Source: Polyangiales bacterium
Lineage (GTDB): Bacteria > Myxococcota_A > Polyangia > Polyangiales > JADJQN01
NCBI GenBank assembly: GCA_964202905.1
Contig: CAXNJO010000006.1
Coordinates: forward strand, 32,001 to 96,000
Direction: 5' to 3'
Length of the DNA: 64,000 bases
Below are positions 1-9,838 of the stretch, piece by piece. The notes beneath the pieces are model-generated. The model worked only from the letters and a program-made list of their open reading frames with translations, did not search any database and was not told the origin of the DNA. The translations under genes were made by a program, and so were the position numbers. Each line of letters starts with the position of its first letter. Position 1 is the stretch's first letter.

Positions 1-1806
1 GGGCACCCGTTCCCGCATCTGCGGAACAAGAGCCTGAACCTCATCGCGATGCTCGCGGGCAACCGCCAGAAGGACACCACGCCCGCGTTCGCGGTGGTGC
101 AGGTGCCGGGCGTCCTGAAGCGCCTCGTGCAGGTGCCCGGCGTCGAGGGGCGCGCGGCCTTCGTGCTGCTCGACGACATCATCGCGGCGAACATCGGCGA
201 GCTCTTCCCGGGCTTCCGCTGCCTCGGCGCGTGGCCGTTCCGGCTCGTGCGGAACTTCGACCTCTCGATCGACGACGAGGAGGCCGAGGACCTCCTCGAG
301 AGCGTGCAGCAGGAGGTCCGGCGCCGCGATCGCGGGGCCGCGGTGCGGCTGACGATCGACGCGAGCGCCTCGCCCGAGGCCATCGAGATGCTCCGCGAGT
401 CGCTGCACCTCTCGCAGGAGTTCGTCTACCCGTTCGACGGCCCGCTCAACCTCGTCGACCTCATCGCGCTCGCGCAGCCCCTCGACAAGGAGCCGGGCAT
501 GCGTGACGAGCTCTTCCGGCCGCAGACGCTCCCGCCCTTCCGCGACGAGGACAACCCGTTCGAGCTGATCGCGCGCGGCGACGTGCTGCTGCACCACCCG
601 TACGAGTCCTTCGATCCGGTCGTGCAGTTCATCGAGCACGCGGCGCACGACCCGCAGGTGCTCGCGATCAAGCAGACGCTCTACCGCACGAGCGGCGACA
701 GCCCGATCGTGAAATCGCTCGTGCGCGCCGCCGAGAACGGCAAGCAGGTCACGGCGCTCGTCGAGATCAAGGCCCGCTTCGACGAGGAGAACAACATCGT
801 CTGGGCGCGCAAGCTCGAGGAGTCCGGCGTGCACGTGGTGTACGGGCTCGTCGGCCTGAAGACCCACGCGAAGGCCGCGCTCGTCGTGCGGCGCGAGGGC
901 GAGCAGCTGCGGCGCTACGTGCACCTCGGCACGGGCAACTACAACCCCGCGACGGCGCGCCTCTACACCGACGTCTCGCTCTTCACGGCGCGGCCCGAGT
1001 TCGGCGAGGACGCGACCTCGCTCTTCAACCTGCTCACCTCGTGCACCGCGCCGCCGACCTGGCGGAAGCTCACGGTCGCGCCGCTCGGGCTGCACGAGCG
1101 CATCCTCGGTCTCGTCGAGCGCGAGGCGGCGAACGCGCGCGCCGGTCGCCCGGCGCGGATCATCGCGAAGATGAACTCGCTCGTCGATCCGGACGTCATC
1201 CTCGCGCTCTACCGCGCGTCGATCGCGGGCGTGGAGATCGACCTGATCGTGCGCGGGATCTGCTGCCTCCGGCCGGGGCTGCCCGGCATCAGCGAGCGCA
1301 TCCGCGTGACGAGCATCATCGACCGCTTCCTCGAGCACGCGCGCGTCTTCCTCTTCGAGGCGGGCGGCGCGCGTGAGGTCTACGCGACGAGCGCCGACTG
1401 GATGCCGCGCAACTTCCAGCGCCGCGTCGAGGTGCTCTTCCCCATCGAGGACGAGGCCATCAAGGCGCGGCTCGTGCGCGAGATCCTCGGCACGCAGCTC
1501 CAGGACAACGTCAAGGCGTGGCTCATGCGCGCGGACGGGAGCTACGTGCGCAAGGCCCCCGGCGAGGGCGAGCCGCAGCTCCGCAGCCAGCGGCGCTTCC
1601 TCGCGATCGCGCGGGACCTCGCGGAGAAGGCCGATCAGAAGGCCTTGCGCGACCGCCCGTTCGTCGTGCGCCCGGTGCGCAACCTGCCGACGAAGAGCGC
1701 ACAGGGCGCGCCCGTGCCGCTGGCGGAGATCGAGAAGAAGGACGCCTCGAACCCGGGCGCACTCGTCGCCGCCGCGCGGCCCGTGCCCCCGGTCGAGCGC
1801 GGCTGA
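1..1806 (+). CDS. ppk1: Polyphosphate kinase 1 (5'-truncated by window edge)
   Basis: Frame open from base 1 (GHPFPHLRNKSLN); motifs LLHHPYESF, IKQTLYRTSGDSPIV, EIKARFDEENN, GLKTHAK, HLGTGNYN, IIAKMNSL, RFLEHAR, SADWMPRN. Confidence 0.97.
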   Translation, partial: GHPFPHLRNKSLNLIAMLAGNRQKDTTPAFAVVQVPGVLKRLVQVPGVEGRAAFVLLDDIIAANIGELFPGFRCLGAWPFRLVRNFDLSIDDEEAEDLLESVQQEVRRRDRGAAVRLTIDASASPEAIEMLRESLHLSQEFVYPFDGPLNLVDLIALAQPLDKEPGMRDELFRPQTLPPFRDEDNPFELIARGDVLLHHPYESFDPVVQFIEHAAHDPQVLAIKQTLYRTSGDSPIVKSLVRAAENGKQVTALVEIKARFDEENNIVWARKLEESGVHVVYGLVGLKTHAKAALVVRREGEQLRRYVHLGTGNYNPATARLYTDVSLFTARPEFGEDATSLFNLLTSCTAPPTWRKLTVAPLGLHERILGLVEREAANARAGRPARIIAKMNSLVDPDVILALYRASIAGVEIDLIVRGICCLRPGLPGISERIRVTSIIDRFLEHARVFLFEAGGAREVYATSADWMPRNFQRRVEVLFPIEDEAIKARLVREILGTQLQDNVKAWLMRADGSYVRKAPGEGEPQLRSQRRFLAIARDLAEKADQKALRDRPFVVRPVRNLPTKSAQGAPVPLAEIEKKDASNPGALVAAARPVPPVERG

Positions 1807-1875
1807 CGGCGCGGTCCGTTCGCGGGCCGGGCGGTCGCGGGGGCGCCGCGCGCCGTCATCCCGTACCTTCGGGCC

Positions 1876-4824
1876 ATGCGAGTCCGCGCGCCTTCGACGG
1901 TGGGTCCGGCCGCGCTGTTCGTCGGCGTGCTCTGCGCGTCGGCGTGCGTGGGCGCGTGTGGCGGGGGAGGCCAAGGCGGGACGCGCGCGCCGGGGAGCGC
2001 CGTGTCGCGGCCGCGCGCGGCGGTGCCGATCGCTGATGCGACGCGCGTGCCTGCGCCCGGCCCGGAGACGACCGCGCCGCCGGAGCCCGTGCCCACGGAT
2101 CTCGCGGGCGCGGACGCGGCGCTCGCGCGGGGCGCGTACACCGCGGCGCAGCAGGCGTACGAGGCGCTCGAGGCGCGGCTCGAAGGCGCGGAGCGGGCGC
2201 GTTCGGTGCTGGGTCTCGCGCGCGTGCGCTTCGAGACGGGCGCGCTCGCGGAGGCGTGCGACGCCGCCGGGCGCGCGGCGCGCGAGCCCGCGCTGCGCGT
2301 CGCGGCGACCACGCTGCTCGGCGAGCTGCTCGATGCGCGCGGCAAGCTCGACGACGCGGAAGCGCAGCTCGCGCGCGTCGCCGCGGAGCCGGAGGCGCAT
2401 CGCGCGCGGTTCGTGCTCGGGTCGCTGCTGCGCGAGCGCGGGCGGCACGAAGAGGCCGAGCCGCACCTGATGGCGCTCGTCGAGGCCTTCAACGACGGGC
2501 GCATCGGCGACGCGGACGCCGAGGGGCTCACGCTCGTCGCGCAGGCGGCGCAGGCGCTCGGCAGCTTCCAGGACGCGAACGACGCTTACCGCAGCGCCGT
2601 CGCCGCCGATGCGCGGCGCGTCGAGACGCAGCTCGCGTGGGCCGAGCTCTTCCTCGAGAAGAACGACGCGGGGCACGCGGAGGAGTGCGTGCGCGACGCG
2701 CTCGCCGTGAACCCGAAGTCGCCGCGCGCGCATGCGCTGCGGGCGCGCATCGCGCTCGCGCAGGGCTTCGACTTCGACGCGGCGCGCCGGCACTGCGACC
2801 TCGCGCACGCCGTGAATCCCGGGCTCGTCGCCTGCCACGTGCTGCGCGCGGGCATGGCCCTCCGCGACATGGATCTCGCGGGCGCCGACGCACACCTGCG
2901 CCGCGCGCTCGCGGTCGACGCGCAGGATCTCGAGGCGCTCTCCGTCGTCGCGGCGGTGCGCTTCCTCGCCGACGACGCGGCGGGCTTCACGCGCGCGCAG
3001 GCCGAGGTGCTGCGCCGCAACCGCCGCTTCTCGCGCTTCTACAGCGTCGTGGGCGAGTACGCGGAGTGGGAGCACCGCTACCCGGAGATCGTGCGCATGG
3101 CGCGCGAGGCGCTCGTGCTCGACCCGGAGGACGCGCGCGCGCACGCGACGCTCGGGATGAACCTGCTGCGCATGGGCGACGAGCCGGCGGGGCTCGCGGC
3201 GCTGCGCGAGGCGTGGCGTCGCGACCGCTACGACGTGCACGTCTACAACACGCTGAACCTCTACGACGACGTGATCGGCCGGCAGTACGAGGAGGTCGCC
3301 GCGGCGCCCTTCGTGTTCCGCTTCCACCGCGAGGAGCGCGCGTCGCTCGAGCCGTACGTCGTGCCGGTGCTGCGCGGCGCGCACGCGGACATGGTGCGCC
3401 GCTACCGCTTCACGCCCGAGGGCCCGCTGCGCCTCGAGTTCTACGCGGACCCGCGCGACTTCAGCGTGCGCACGACGGGGCTGCCGAACGTCGGCGTGCA
3501 GGGCGTGTGCTTCGGCAAGGTGGTGACGGCGATCTCGCCGCGCGGCGGGCCGTTCAACTGGGGCAACATCACCTGGCACGAGCTCGCGCACGTCTTCCAC
3601 ATCCAGCTCTCGCGCAACCACGTGCCGCGCTGGTTCACCGAGGGGCTCGCCGAGTACGAGACGATCGTCGCGCGCCCCGAGTGGAAGCGCGAGGACGACA
3701 TGGCGCTGTGGCAGGCGCTCGACGCGGGGCGGCTGCCGGCGATCCGCGACCTCAACGGCGCCTTCACGCACGCCGAGCGCCCGCAGGATGTGCTCACGGC
3801 GTACTACGCGTCGTCGAGGGTCGTCGTGTACCTCGTCGAGCGCTTCGGCTTCGACAAGGTGCCGCTGCTGCTGCGCGCGTGGGGCGAGGGGAAGCCGACG
3901 CCCGCGGTGTTCGAGAGCGTGCTCGGCGTCGACCTCGACGCGCTCGACCGTGACTTCCGCGCGCACACGCGGACGCGGCTCGCGGCGCGGGCGCGCGAAT
4001 TCGCCGTGGATCCGGGGCGTTACCGCGATCTCGACGCGCTCCGGCGTGCAGCGGCGCAGGCGCCCGGTGACGCTGCGGCGCGTGGCGCGCTCGCGGCGGG
4101 GCACCTCGTCCGAGGCGCGGGCGACGACGCGAAGCGTGAGGCGGAGGCGGCGCTCGCGATGGATGCGCACGCGCCCGTCGCGCGCTTCGTGCTCGCGGAG
4201 GTGGCGCTCGCGCAGCGCGACGCCGCAGGCGCCGACGCGCACCTCGCGGACCTGCTCGCGCGCGGGCACGAGGGCTACGAGGTGCGCCTGCTCGCGGCGC
4301 GCGCGGCGCTGGCCCGGCAGGACCGCGCGGCCGCGCGCACGCATCTGGAAGCCGCGACGCGCGTCGACGCCGAGCGCCCGGAGGCGTGGCAGGGATTGCG
4401 CGATCTCGCGCGCGAGCGGCGCGACGCGGTGGGCCTCGTCGCCGCGCTCGAGCGGCTCGCGGCGATCGACCAGCACGACCGCGCGGGCACGGCGGAGCTG
4501 TTGACGGCGCTCGCGGCGGCGAACCGCTGGTCGGATCTCGTGCCCGCCGGAGAGCGCGCGCTCTTCGTCGAGCCGGGCCGCGCGGAGACGCACCGCCTCC
4601 TCGGCGAGGCGTACGTGCGCACGGGCAAGCCGCGCGAGGGGCTCGTCGAGCTCGATCAGGCGCTGCGCCTCGCGCCCGAGCAGCCGGGGCCCATTCACCT
4701 CGCGCGCGCCCGCGCCCTCGTCGCGCTGCGTCGCCCCGCCGATGCGCGCGCGGCAGCGGATGCCGCCGTGCGCGCCGATGCGGCGCTCGCGGCCGAAGCG
4801 CAGGGGATCGTCGGCGGGCGCTGA
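1876..4824 (+). CDS. TPR-repeat lipoprotein with central peptidase MA-like (gluzincin) zinc metallopeptidase domain
   Basis: Signal peptide/lipobox-like VGAC; many TPR-like helical repeats; HELAH zinc motif followed by PRWFTEGLAEY. Confidence 0.8.
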   Translation: MRVRAPSTVGPAALFVGVLCASACVGACGGGGQGGTRAPGSAVSRPRAAVPIADATRVPAPGPETTAPPEPVPTDLAGADAALARGAYTAAQQAYEALEARLEGAERARSVLGLARVRFETGALAEACDAAGRAAREPALRVAATTLLGELLDARGKLDDAEAQLARVAAEPEAHRARFVLGSLLRERGRHEEAEPHLMALVEAFNDGRIGDADAEGLTLVAQAAQALGSFQDANDAYRSAVAADARRVETQLAWAELFLEKNDAGHAEECVRDALAVNPKSPRAHALRARIALAQGFDFDAARRHCDLAHAVNPGLVACHVLRAGMALRDMDLAGADAHLRRALAVDAQDLEALSVVAAVRFLADDAAGFTRAQAEVLRRNRRFSRFYSVVGEYAEWEHRYPEIVRMAREALVLDPEDARAHATLGMNLLRMGDEPAGLAALREAWRRDRYDVHVYNTLNLYDDVIGRQYEEVAAAPFVFRFHREERASLEPYVVPVLRGAHADMVRRYRFTPEGPLRLEFYADPRDFSVRTTGLPNVGVQGVCFGKVVTAISPRGGPFNWGNITWHELAHVFHIQLSRNHVPRWFTEGLAEYETIVARPEWKREDDMALWQALDAGRLPAIRDLNGAFTHAERPQDVLTAYYASSRVVVYLVERFGFDKVPLLLRAWGEGKPTPAVFESVLGVDLDALDRDFRAHTRTRLAARAREFAVDPGRYRDLDALRRAAAQAPGDAAARGALAAGHLVRGAGDDAKREAEAALAMDAHAPVARFVLAEVALAQRDAAGADAHLADLLARGHEGYEVRLLAARAALARQDRAAARTHLEAATRVDAERPEAWQGLRDLARERRDAVGLVAALERLAAIDQHDRAGTAELLTALAAANRWSDLVPAGERALFVEPGRAETHRLLGEAYVRTGKPREGLVELDQALRLAPEQPGPIHLARARALVALRRPADARAAADAAVRADAALAAEAQGIVGGR

Positions 4825-4858
4825 GTCACGGCGTGACGGCTCGATCGCGCGCACCGTG

Positions 4859-4886
4859 CCGTGCGCCGTGCGCCGTGCGCCGTGCG
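4859..4886. repeat. 7-bp tandem repeat (CCGTGCG)x4 in intergenic region
   Basis: Four perfect copies plus a partial copy at 4854-4858. Confidence 0.85.
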
Positions 4887-4963
4887 CCGGGCGCGTCTGC
4901 GTGCGCAGTGGCCCGCTCCGGTCCGCGCGCGTGACGCAGGCGCGGTAGGCTCACGCCTCCCTG

Positions 4964-7009
4964 ATGGCGTCTCGTCTCCGCGTCTCGATCCCTTCGCGCA
5001 CGTTCGTCGGCTTCGCGCTGGTGATCGCGGCGTTCGGGGCCGTCGTCGCGGCGTCGATCGCGCAGCACCAGGAGACGGCGCGCACGCTCGGCCTGCTGCC
5101 CGAGGGCTTTCTGCCGCTCGCGCTCGACGTCGCGGAGCTGCGCGCGAACCACGGCGTCTTCCTCACGCGCATGGACGGCGTGCTCGAGGAGCAGGACACG
5201 ACACCGACGCTCGCGTACCTGCGCTCGGCGCGTGTGCTGCGGCAGTCGCTCCTCGCGCGCGCGCTCGCCGGGGTCACGCGCGCATCGGCGCTCGGCGCGC
5301 CCGACGACGCCGCCGCCGTGCTCGCCGCGGTGCGCTCCGAGCTCGCGCGGGTGCGCGCCGTCTACGCCGCCGACGAGCGGCGCTTCGACGACCTCGGACG
5401 CGCCGTCGTCGCGCGCGATCGGCCGCGCGCCGAGGCCGCGCTCGCGGAGCTGCGCACGAAGGAGCGCGCCGTCGAGCGACACCTGCGCCGCGCGTCGGAC
5501 GCGATGCAGGCCGGCATCGCCGCGATGAGCGCGGACGCCGAGCGCGAAGAGCGGCGCTCGGTGCAGCTGCTCGCGCTGCTCGCGCTCGCGGCGCTGCTCG
5601 TCGGGCTGCTCGTCACCGTCTACACGCAGCGCACGCTCGCGCCGTTGCCGCGCTTGCAGGAGCGCGTCGCGGCCGTCGCGCGGGGCGAGCTCGACGCGGC
5701 GCGGATCACCGCCGCGGGGGACGACGAGATCGGCCGACTCGCGGCGGAGTTCGAGCGCATGGTCGACGCGCTCGCGGCCCGCGACGCGCGCTTGCACGAG
5801 GCGGCCGATCGGCTGCGCGCGCTGCAGCGCATGCAGGCGCAGATCGTCGAGGGCCTGCGCGCCGCGGTCGTGCTCGTCGACGAGGCGGGCGTGGTGCGCT
5901 CGGTGAATCCCTCGGCCGCCGCGCTCTTCGGCGTCGCGCCCGACGAGGTCGGGCGTGCGCTCCACACGCTGCCGCTGTGCGCGCGCCTGCCCGCGCTCGA
6001 GGCGGCCATCGCGGACGTGCGCGCGGGCAGCGAGCGCGCCGTGCTCACCGCGACGCCGCTCGCGCCGCCGGAGCCGACGCCGACCGAGGCCGCGGAGGGC
6101 GCGGCGGGGACGGACGCGGCGCGCCTCCTCGACGTGCTCGTGACGCCGTTCGGCGAGGCGCCCTTGGGGGGCGCTGCGCGGTCGGTGCTCGTCGTCGCCG
6201 AGGACGTGACCGACGAGCTGCGCACCAAGGCGCGGCTCATCCACAGCGAGCGGCTCGCGGCCATCGGGCGCATGGCGGCGCACGTCACGCACGAGGTGCG
6301 CAACCCGCTCTCGTCGATCGGGCTCAACGTGGAGCTGCTCGAGGAGGAGACGGCCGGCAGCGGCCCCGAGGTGCAGTCGCTGCTGCGCGCGATCCACCGC
6401 GAGGTCGATCGCCTCACGGCCGTCACCGAGGAATATCTGCGGCTCGCGCGGCTGCCCGATCCGCGCCTCGAGCCGGGCGATCTGGGCGAGGCCGCGCGCG
6501 AGGTCGCGCAGTTCATGCGCGCGGAGCTCGCGCAGGCCGGTGTGCGGCTCGAGATCGAGGTCGCGCCGGCGCTGCCCGCGGTGGCCTTCGACGAGGCGCA
6601 GCTGCGGCAGGCGCTGCTCAACCTGCTGCGCAACGCGCGCGAGGCGCTCGCGCAGAAGGGCGGTTGCGTGCGCGTCCAGGTCGTCGCGGAAGAAGGCGCG
6701 GTGCGCCTGCGCGTCACGGACGATGGCCCCGGCATCCCACCCGCGGTGCAGGCGCGCATCTTCGACCCGTTCTTCACGACGAAGGAGCACGGCACGGGGC
6801 TCGGGCTCGCGCTCACGCAGCAGATCGTCGCGGCGCACGGGGGCCGCATCCGTGTGCTCGGCGGGCCGGGGCGCGGCACCTCGTTCGAGCTCGCGTTCCC
6901 GCGGGTGCAGGCGCCGCGCGAGGACGACGCGGGCGACGCGACGGCGCCCGATGCGCTACACGGCGGTCCGGGCGCAGCCGCGCCCTCCGGCGAGGAGAAG
7001 AGCGAGTGA
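4964..7009 (+). CDS. Membrane sensor histidine kinase (2 TM, HAMP, PAS-like, HisKA, HATPase)
   Basis: [13 protein letters not shown] (HAMP); THEVRNPL H-box; [11 protein letters not shown]-box; [16 protein letters not shown] and GTGLGL boxes. Confidence 0.93.
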   Translation: MASRLRVSIPSRTFVGFALVIAAFGAVVAASIAQHQETARTLGLLPEGFLPLALDVAELRANHGVFLTRMDGVLEEQDTTPTLAYLRSARVLRQSLLARALAGVTRASALGAPDDAAAVLAAVRSELARVRAVYAADERRFDDLGRAVVARDRPRAEAALAELRTKERAVERHLRRASDAMQAGIAAMSADAEREERRSVQLLALLALAALLVGLLVTVYTQRTLAPLPRLQERVAAVARGELDAARITAAGDDEIGRLAAEFERMVDALAARDARLHEAADRLRALQRMQAQIVEGLRAAVVLVDEAGVVRSVNPSAAALFGVAPDEVGRALHTLPLCARLPALEAAIADVRAGSERAVLTATPLAPPEPTPTEAAEGAAGTDAARLLDVLVTPFGEAPLGGAARSVLVVAEDVTDELRTKARLIHSERLAAIGRMAAHVTHEVRNPLSSIGLNVELLEEETAGSGPEVQSLLRAIHREVDRLTAVTEEYLRLARLPDPRLEPGDLGEAAREVAQFMRAELAQAGVRLEIEVAPALPAVAFDEAQLRQALLNLLRNAREALAQKGGCVRVQVVAEEGAVRLRVTDDGPGIPPAVQARIFDPFFTTKEHGTGLGLALTQQIVAAHGGRIRVLGGPGRGTSFELAFPRVQAPREDDAGDATAPDALHGGPGAAAPSGEEKSE

Positions 7010-7764
7010 CGACGAGAAGCGATGGACGGGACGCCGCGACGCTGCGCCCGGTGACGATCGAGACGGGCCTGCAGCGCAACCCGGAGGGCTCCGTGCTCTA
7101 CCGGTCCGGCGGCACGCTCGTGCTCGTGAGCGCGTCGGTGGAGGAGGGCGTGCGCGACTTCCTGCGCGGCAGCGGGCGCGGCTGGGTGACGGCCGAGTAT
7201 GCGATGCACCCGCGATGCAGTCCCGGGCGTCAGGCCCGCGACGGGCGGCGTGCGGGCGGCGGCATCGACGGACGTGCGCAGGAGATCCAGCGGCTCGTGG
7301 GCCGCGCGCTGCGTGCGGCCGTCGTCCCCGAGAAGCTGCGCGAGCGGACCATCACCATCGACTGTGATGTGCTCGACGCGGACGGCGGCACGCGCACCGC
7401 GTCGGTGACGGGCGGCTTCGTCGCCCTCGCGATGGCGCTCGACGGGCTGCGTCGGCGCGGGCTCGTCGATCCGGGCGTGCTGCGCGCGCCGGTCGCGGCG
7501 GTGAGCGTCGGGCTCGTCGCGCACGAGGCGCTGCTCGACCTCTGCTACACGGAAGACCGCGACGCGCAGGTCGACCTCAACGTCGTCGGCACCCTGGACG
7601 GCGGCCTCGTCGAGGTGCAGGGCACCGCGGAGGACGCGCCGATGACCCGCGCGGAGCACGACGCGCTCCTCTCGCGCGCGCTCGGTGGGCTGCCCGCGCT
7701 CTTCGCGGCGCAGCGGGCCGCGCTCACGCGCATCGGCGTGGACCTCGACGCGCTCGTCGGGTAG
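7006..7764 (+). CDS. rph: Ribonuclease PH
   Basis: GTG start overlaps the kinase stop (GTGA); [57 protein letters not shown]. Confidence 0.95.
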   Translation: MTTRSDGRDAATLRPVTIETGLQRNPEGSVLYRSGGTLVLVSASVEEGVRDFLRGSGRGWVTAEYAMHPRCSPGRQARDGRRAGGGIDGRAQEIQRLVGRALRAAVVPEKLRERTITIDCDVLDADGGTRTASVTGGFVALAMALDGLRRRGLVDPGVLRAPVAAVSVGLVAHEALLDLCYTEDRDAQVDLNVVGTLDGGLVEVQGTAEDAPMTRAEHDALLSRALGGLPALFAAQRAALTRIGVDLDALVG

Positions 7765-7770
7765 CGCCCG

Positions 7771-9795
7771 TCACAGCGGCGCGATGCCGGACGTGAAGGG
7801 GAGCGCCCAGAACGCGGCGTCGGTGAACGCGGCGTTCGCAGCGGCGACCACCTGGGCGGCCGTCATCGGCGTCACGGCCGGGTTGGGGTCGGTCATGACG
7901 AGGGTGGCCGCCGCGTCGAAGCCCACGTCGACGAGGGCCGCGCCCGGGCGTGCGTTGCCAATCGCCCCGCCGACGAACGTCGATCCCGCGCCGAGCGAGA
8001 GCGGACCGGCCGCGTACGCGGACGTGATGCCGGCGAACACGACGCCCGGGGTGAACGTGGAGTCGTAGAACTCGCCGAGCAGGCCGCCGACGTGCGACGC
8101 GCTCGCGCTGCTCGTGATCGCGACGTCGGCGTGGATCCGCGACACCTGGATGGGGCGGTTGTTCATCCCCCAGAGGAAGCCGAAGACCCCGCCGAGCGCG
8201 CGGCTGCCGCCGGCCGAGAGCGCCATCGCGCCTCGCACGAAGACGTCGTGCACCGTGACCGCCGTCGTCGGTGTCCCCCGCTGGGTCTGGTAGATCCCCG
8301 CGAGCCCGCCCACGTTGAAGACCGCCCCGCTGCCCAGCTGCACCACCGTCAGGCCGTCCACGACGATGCGGCCGACGTCGACCGCGACGGCGTCGTTCAG
8401 CGTGAATTCTCCGACGACACCGCCGACCACCTCCGCGCCGAGGGGCGCCGAGCTCGGTGTGCGGAACCAATCACGGACTGTCAGGGTGACGTCGAGGACC
8501 CGGATGTCGCGGAGCAGGTGCGCGGCGCCCGCCGTCGACATCGTTCCCACCAAGCCGCCGACCGCATACGGCGCGATGCCGGCGTCGATCGACACCGTGT
8601 CGACGCGCAGGTCGGTGAACGTCGCGCCCGCCCCGGCAGGTCCGCCGACGCGATCGTCGAACTGACCGATGAGCCCGCCGACGGCGGAGGGGTTGTAGGT
8701 GAGCGCGGGGTCGTACACGGAGAGCGTGCTGTTCTCGAGCGTGTCGTCGGTGAAGACGAACGTGGTCCCGCCGCGCAGGAGGACCGTGCCGAGGAAGCCC
8801 CCGACGAACATGGAGCCACCGTCGAGCGGGTCGGTGCCCGTCTCGCCGAAGACCGAGTACGACACGCCCGGGGTCGCGGGCGCCGTCCGTTGGAAGGCGG
8901 CATTTCGCACGGTGGAGCCCGTGATCGTGAGCGGCATCGCCGCGTGCGTCTCGACGTGACCAGCGACGAAGCCGATGAAGTCCTTCGCGTCCTCGATCAC
9001 GCAGCCGTCGATCGTGATGCCATCGACGAGGATGGGGTCCGTGGTGATCGTGCCCTCGTCGAGGGCGTCGACGACGAAGCCGGCGAGGCAGCCGACGTTC
9101 CCGACGAAGCCCCGGACCGTCATCGCGGAGAGCGTCAGGTCGCGCACCGTCGCCCCCGCCGAGAGCCCGCGGAAGAGGCCGCCGCCCTCCCAGGGATCGA
9201 GCACGCCCGGCGTGTAGGCCGGGGGCATCGCGGTGCCGAGCAGCCATGCAGCCTTGCCCTCGACGAGGCAGTTCGAGAGCGTGAAGCCCGCGCCGTCGAA
9301 CGTGCCCGAGAAGAGGTTGGCGCTCGAAGGGTCGAAGCCGAGCGGCTCGATCACGGTGCCCGCGCAGTCGACGTCGGCGCCGAGCACGTACGCGGCGCCC
9401 ATGTCGTCGGAGACGTTCAGCAGCTGGGGCAGCGCGCAGATCACGAAGGGATCGCTCGCCGTGCCCGTGCCCGCCGCGAAGGGCAGCAGCCCAGGGCCGC
9501 CGCCACCGCAGGGGCCCGCGTCGTTGGAGCAGGTGCCCTGAACGACCCATTGTCCGGCGACGCAGAGGCGGTCGTCGGTGCCGTTGCCGTTGAGGCCGCA
9601 GGGCGGGCCGCCCTGATCGGTGTCGCTGTCCGTACACATCGGGCCCGGGAGCGGGGGCGGCGGCGGGGGTGATCCGGGGTTGCACGCGACGGCGTGGCCC
9701 GCGAGTCCGAGAACGACCAGCCAGCGCGAGAAAGCAATCGACCGCAGGCCCGGCCCCTTTCCAGTGGCTCCGATGACTCCGTGATCGCCGCGCAT
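7771..9795 (-). CDS. Surface lipoprotein with GLUG-motif/beta-helix-like repeats (start uncertain)
   Basis: Lipobox-like AVAC; small Cys-rich module; FAAGTGTASDPFVIC; FSGTFDGAG; repeated (F/A/V)VGG(L/F)(I/V/L)G. Confidence 0.65.
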   Translation of the reverse strand: MRGDHGVIGATGKGPGLRSIAFSRWLVVLGLAGHAVACNPGSPPPPPPLPGPMCTDSDTDQGGPPCGLNGNGTDDRLCVAGQWVVQGTCSNDAGPCGGGGPGLLPFAAGTGTASDPFVICALPQLLNVSDDMGAAYVLGADVDCAGTVIEPLGFDPSSANLFSGTFDGAGFTLSNCLVEGKAAWLLGTAMPPAYTPGVLDPWEGGGLFRGLSAGATVRDLTLSAMTVRGFVGNVGCLAGFVVDALDEGTITTDPILVDGITIDGCVIEDAKDFIGFVAGHVETHAAMPLTITGSTVRNAAFQRTAPATPGVSYSVFGETGTDPLDGGSMFVGGFLGTVLLRGGTTFVFTDDTLENSTLSVYDPALTYNPSAVGGLIGQFDDRVGGPAGAGATFTDLRVDTVSIDAGIAPYAVGGLVGTMSTAGAAHLLRDIRVLDVTLTVRDWFRTPSSAPLGAEVVGGVVGEFTLNDAVAVDVGRIVVDGLTVVQLGSGAVFNVGGLAGIYQTQRGTPTTAVTVHDVFVRGAMALSAGGSRALGGVFGFLWGMNNRPIQVSRIHADVAITSSASASHVGGLLGEFYDSTFTPGVVFAGITSAYAAGPLSLGAGSTFVGGAIGNARPGAALVDVGFDAAATLVMTDPNPAVTPMTAAQVVAAANAAFTDAAFWALPFTSGIAPL

Positions 9796-9838
9796 CCGAC
9801 GGACGGAAGGCGACGTACCGCGACCCTCGAGGACGCGT

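Noticed and set aside
1804..1858. 10-bp inverted repeat (TGACGGCGCG/CGCGCCGTCA) after ppk1
   Set aside because: Long loop and no U-tract; cannot be supported as an intrinsic terminator and is plausible by chance at this GC content
4861..7005. Apparent 700-aa N-terminal extension on RNase PH
   Set aside because: Off-frame overlap with the histidine kinase; rph begins at GTG 7006. The same applies to ORF-track extensions on the RCC1, GNAT, aminotransferase, ChbG and 52510 genes
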